Assembly (NCBI RefSeq): GCF_009914755.1
Contig: NC_060947.1
Source of the DNA: the human T2T-CHM13v2.0 reference genome, Homo sapiens
DNA length: 64,000 nt
Direction: 5' to 3' (one strand)
The translations under genes and the position numbers were made by a program. Shown piece after piece: positions 63,151-64,000 of this stretch; the first letter of the stretch is position 1; each line of letters starts with the position of its first letter. The notes beneath the pieces are model-generated. The model was not told the origin of the DNA and ran no database searches. It worked only from the letters and a program-made list of their open reading frames with translations.

Positions 63151-63340
63151 AGCAATGTGATAACATGGAAAGAACATTAAATTAGAAGTTGGGAGACCTG
63201 CATTCTGATTTTAGACGTTCCTTTCACTTGACATAAAATTCTTAGAAAAGTCATTTTCCCTCTTTAGGCTACAGATTCCTCAACAATAAATTAAGATTTT
63301 GATTATATGAGCTCCAGAATCTGTTCCTATACTAAAGATC
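63151..63340 (+). mobile_element. MIR (MIRc/MIR3-like) SINE
   Basis: tggaaagaacattaaattagaagttgggagacctgcattctg...aagtcattttccctct...ttcctcaacaataaa. Confidence 0.6.
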
Positions 63341-63538
63341 AAATATACCATCAGAAATTATGGTTAAGCAAGTCTAATGTTGTAAGTCATTATGAAATAG
63401 AATCTGTTTATTAAAATCATATTTTATAAGTTAGATTTTAGGAAAATATATATGAAGACAGGCATTTTCCCACAAATTAAGAGCTCAGTACAATTTATGA
63501 TCAAGAATTCTACTGAAGTATTGCATTGTGTCTTTAAG

Positions 63539-63606
63539 GTTCAAGAGAGATCTCCTTCTGTGCCTAACAACCAGGATCATGCACATCATGTCAAGTTCTC
63601 TTCAAG
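63539..63606 (+). CDS. NRK: NRK coding exon (exon 15): VQERSPSVPNNQDHAHHVKFSS(S)
   Basis: tttaag|GTT...AG|gtatgt; 68 nt, phase 0/2. Confidence 0.9.
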
Positions 63607-64000
63607 GTATGTGTCTTTGATTTCTATATTAAAATTATTCATAATTATCAAATGGAAAATTAAAAATTATTTCATTGATAATACACTTTGTGAAGTCAAC
63701 TAAAATATCCGTGACAACATCATCACCATTGACTTTATTGGCCCACATTGAAAACCTTAACTGCAATGATCCATTACCTATATCTTTCATATTTGGTCAT
63801 ACTGCAGTCTCTGTGATATTTAGTTTGCTAAATAGATGGCAAGGTTCACAATTTTAAAAAGAAACAATAATAACAAATACTTTGACAGTATTCAATTAGT
63901 AGTCGATGATAAAAAGACATGAAATTTCAAGTGAATTTTCACACATGTGCTGCATGATAAAACACACACACCAATTGTCTTTAACTTCAGAAGCTAATGC

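Overview
This is AT-rich, CpG-poor primate (almost certainly human) genomic DNA from inside the X-linked NRK gene (Nik-related kinase, Ste20/GCK-IV family), on the + strand. Thirteen GT-AG coding exons (28007-63606) join into one open frame. They encode most of the kinase domain (AVK lysine, [25 protein letters not shown]) and the start of the Gln/Glu/Pro-rich intermediate region. The N-terminal exons and the CNH-domain exons lie outside the window. Exon numbers 3-15 are from my recollection of the gene model. The rest is intron carrying the usual repeats: Alu, L1, L2, L3/CR1, MIR, hAT-Charlie MITEs, two MADE1 mariner MITEs, an MLT1 solo LTR, an ERV1-type solo LTR and a full-length THE1 provirus. 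Almost all other six-frame ORFs are chance or repeat-derived. I see no wholly new biological system. The best leads are (i) splice-site arrangements that could make kinase-dead or truncated NRK, one with a (GAAA)8 STR between competing acceptors; (ii) a ~220-bp AT-centred palindrome; (iii) LTR-derived regulatory candidates next to exons; (iv) a miR-548-type MADE1 hairpin; (v) a tiny L1 insertion with an apparent 3' transduction. Repeat subfamily names and old-repeat boundaries are by eye and approximate.
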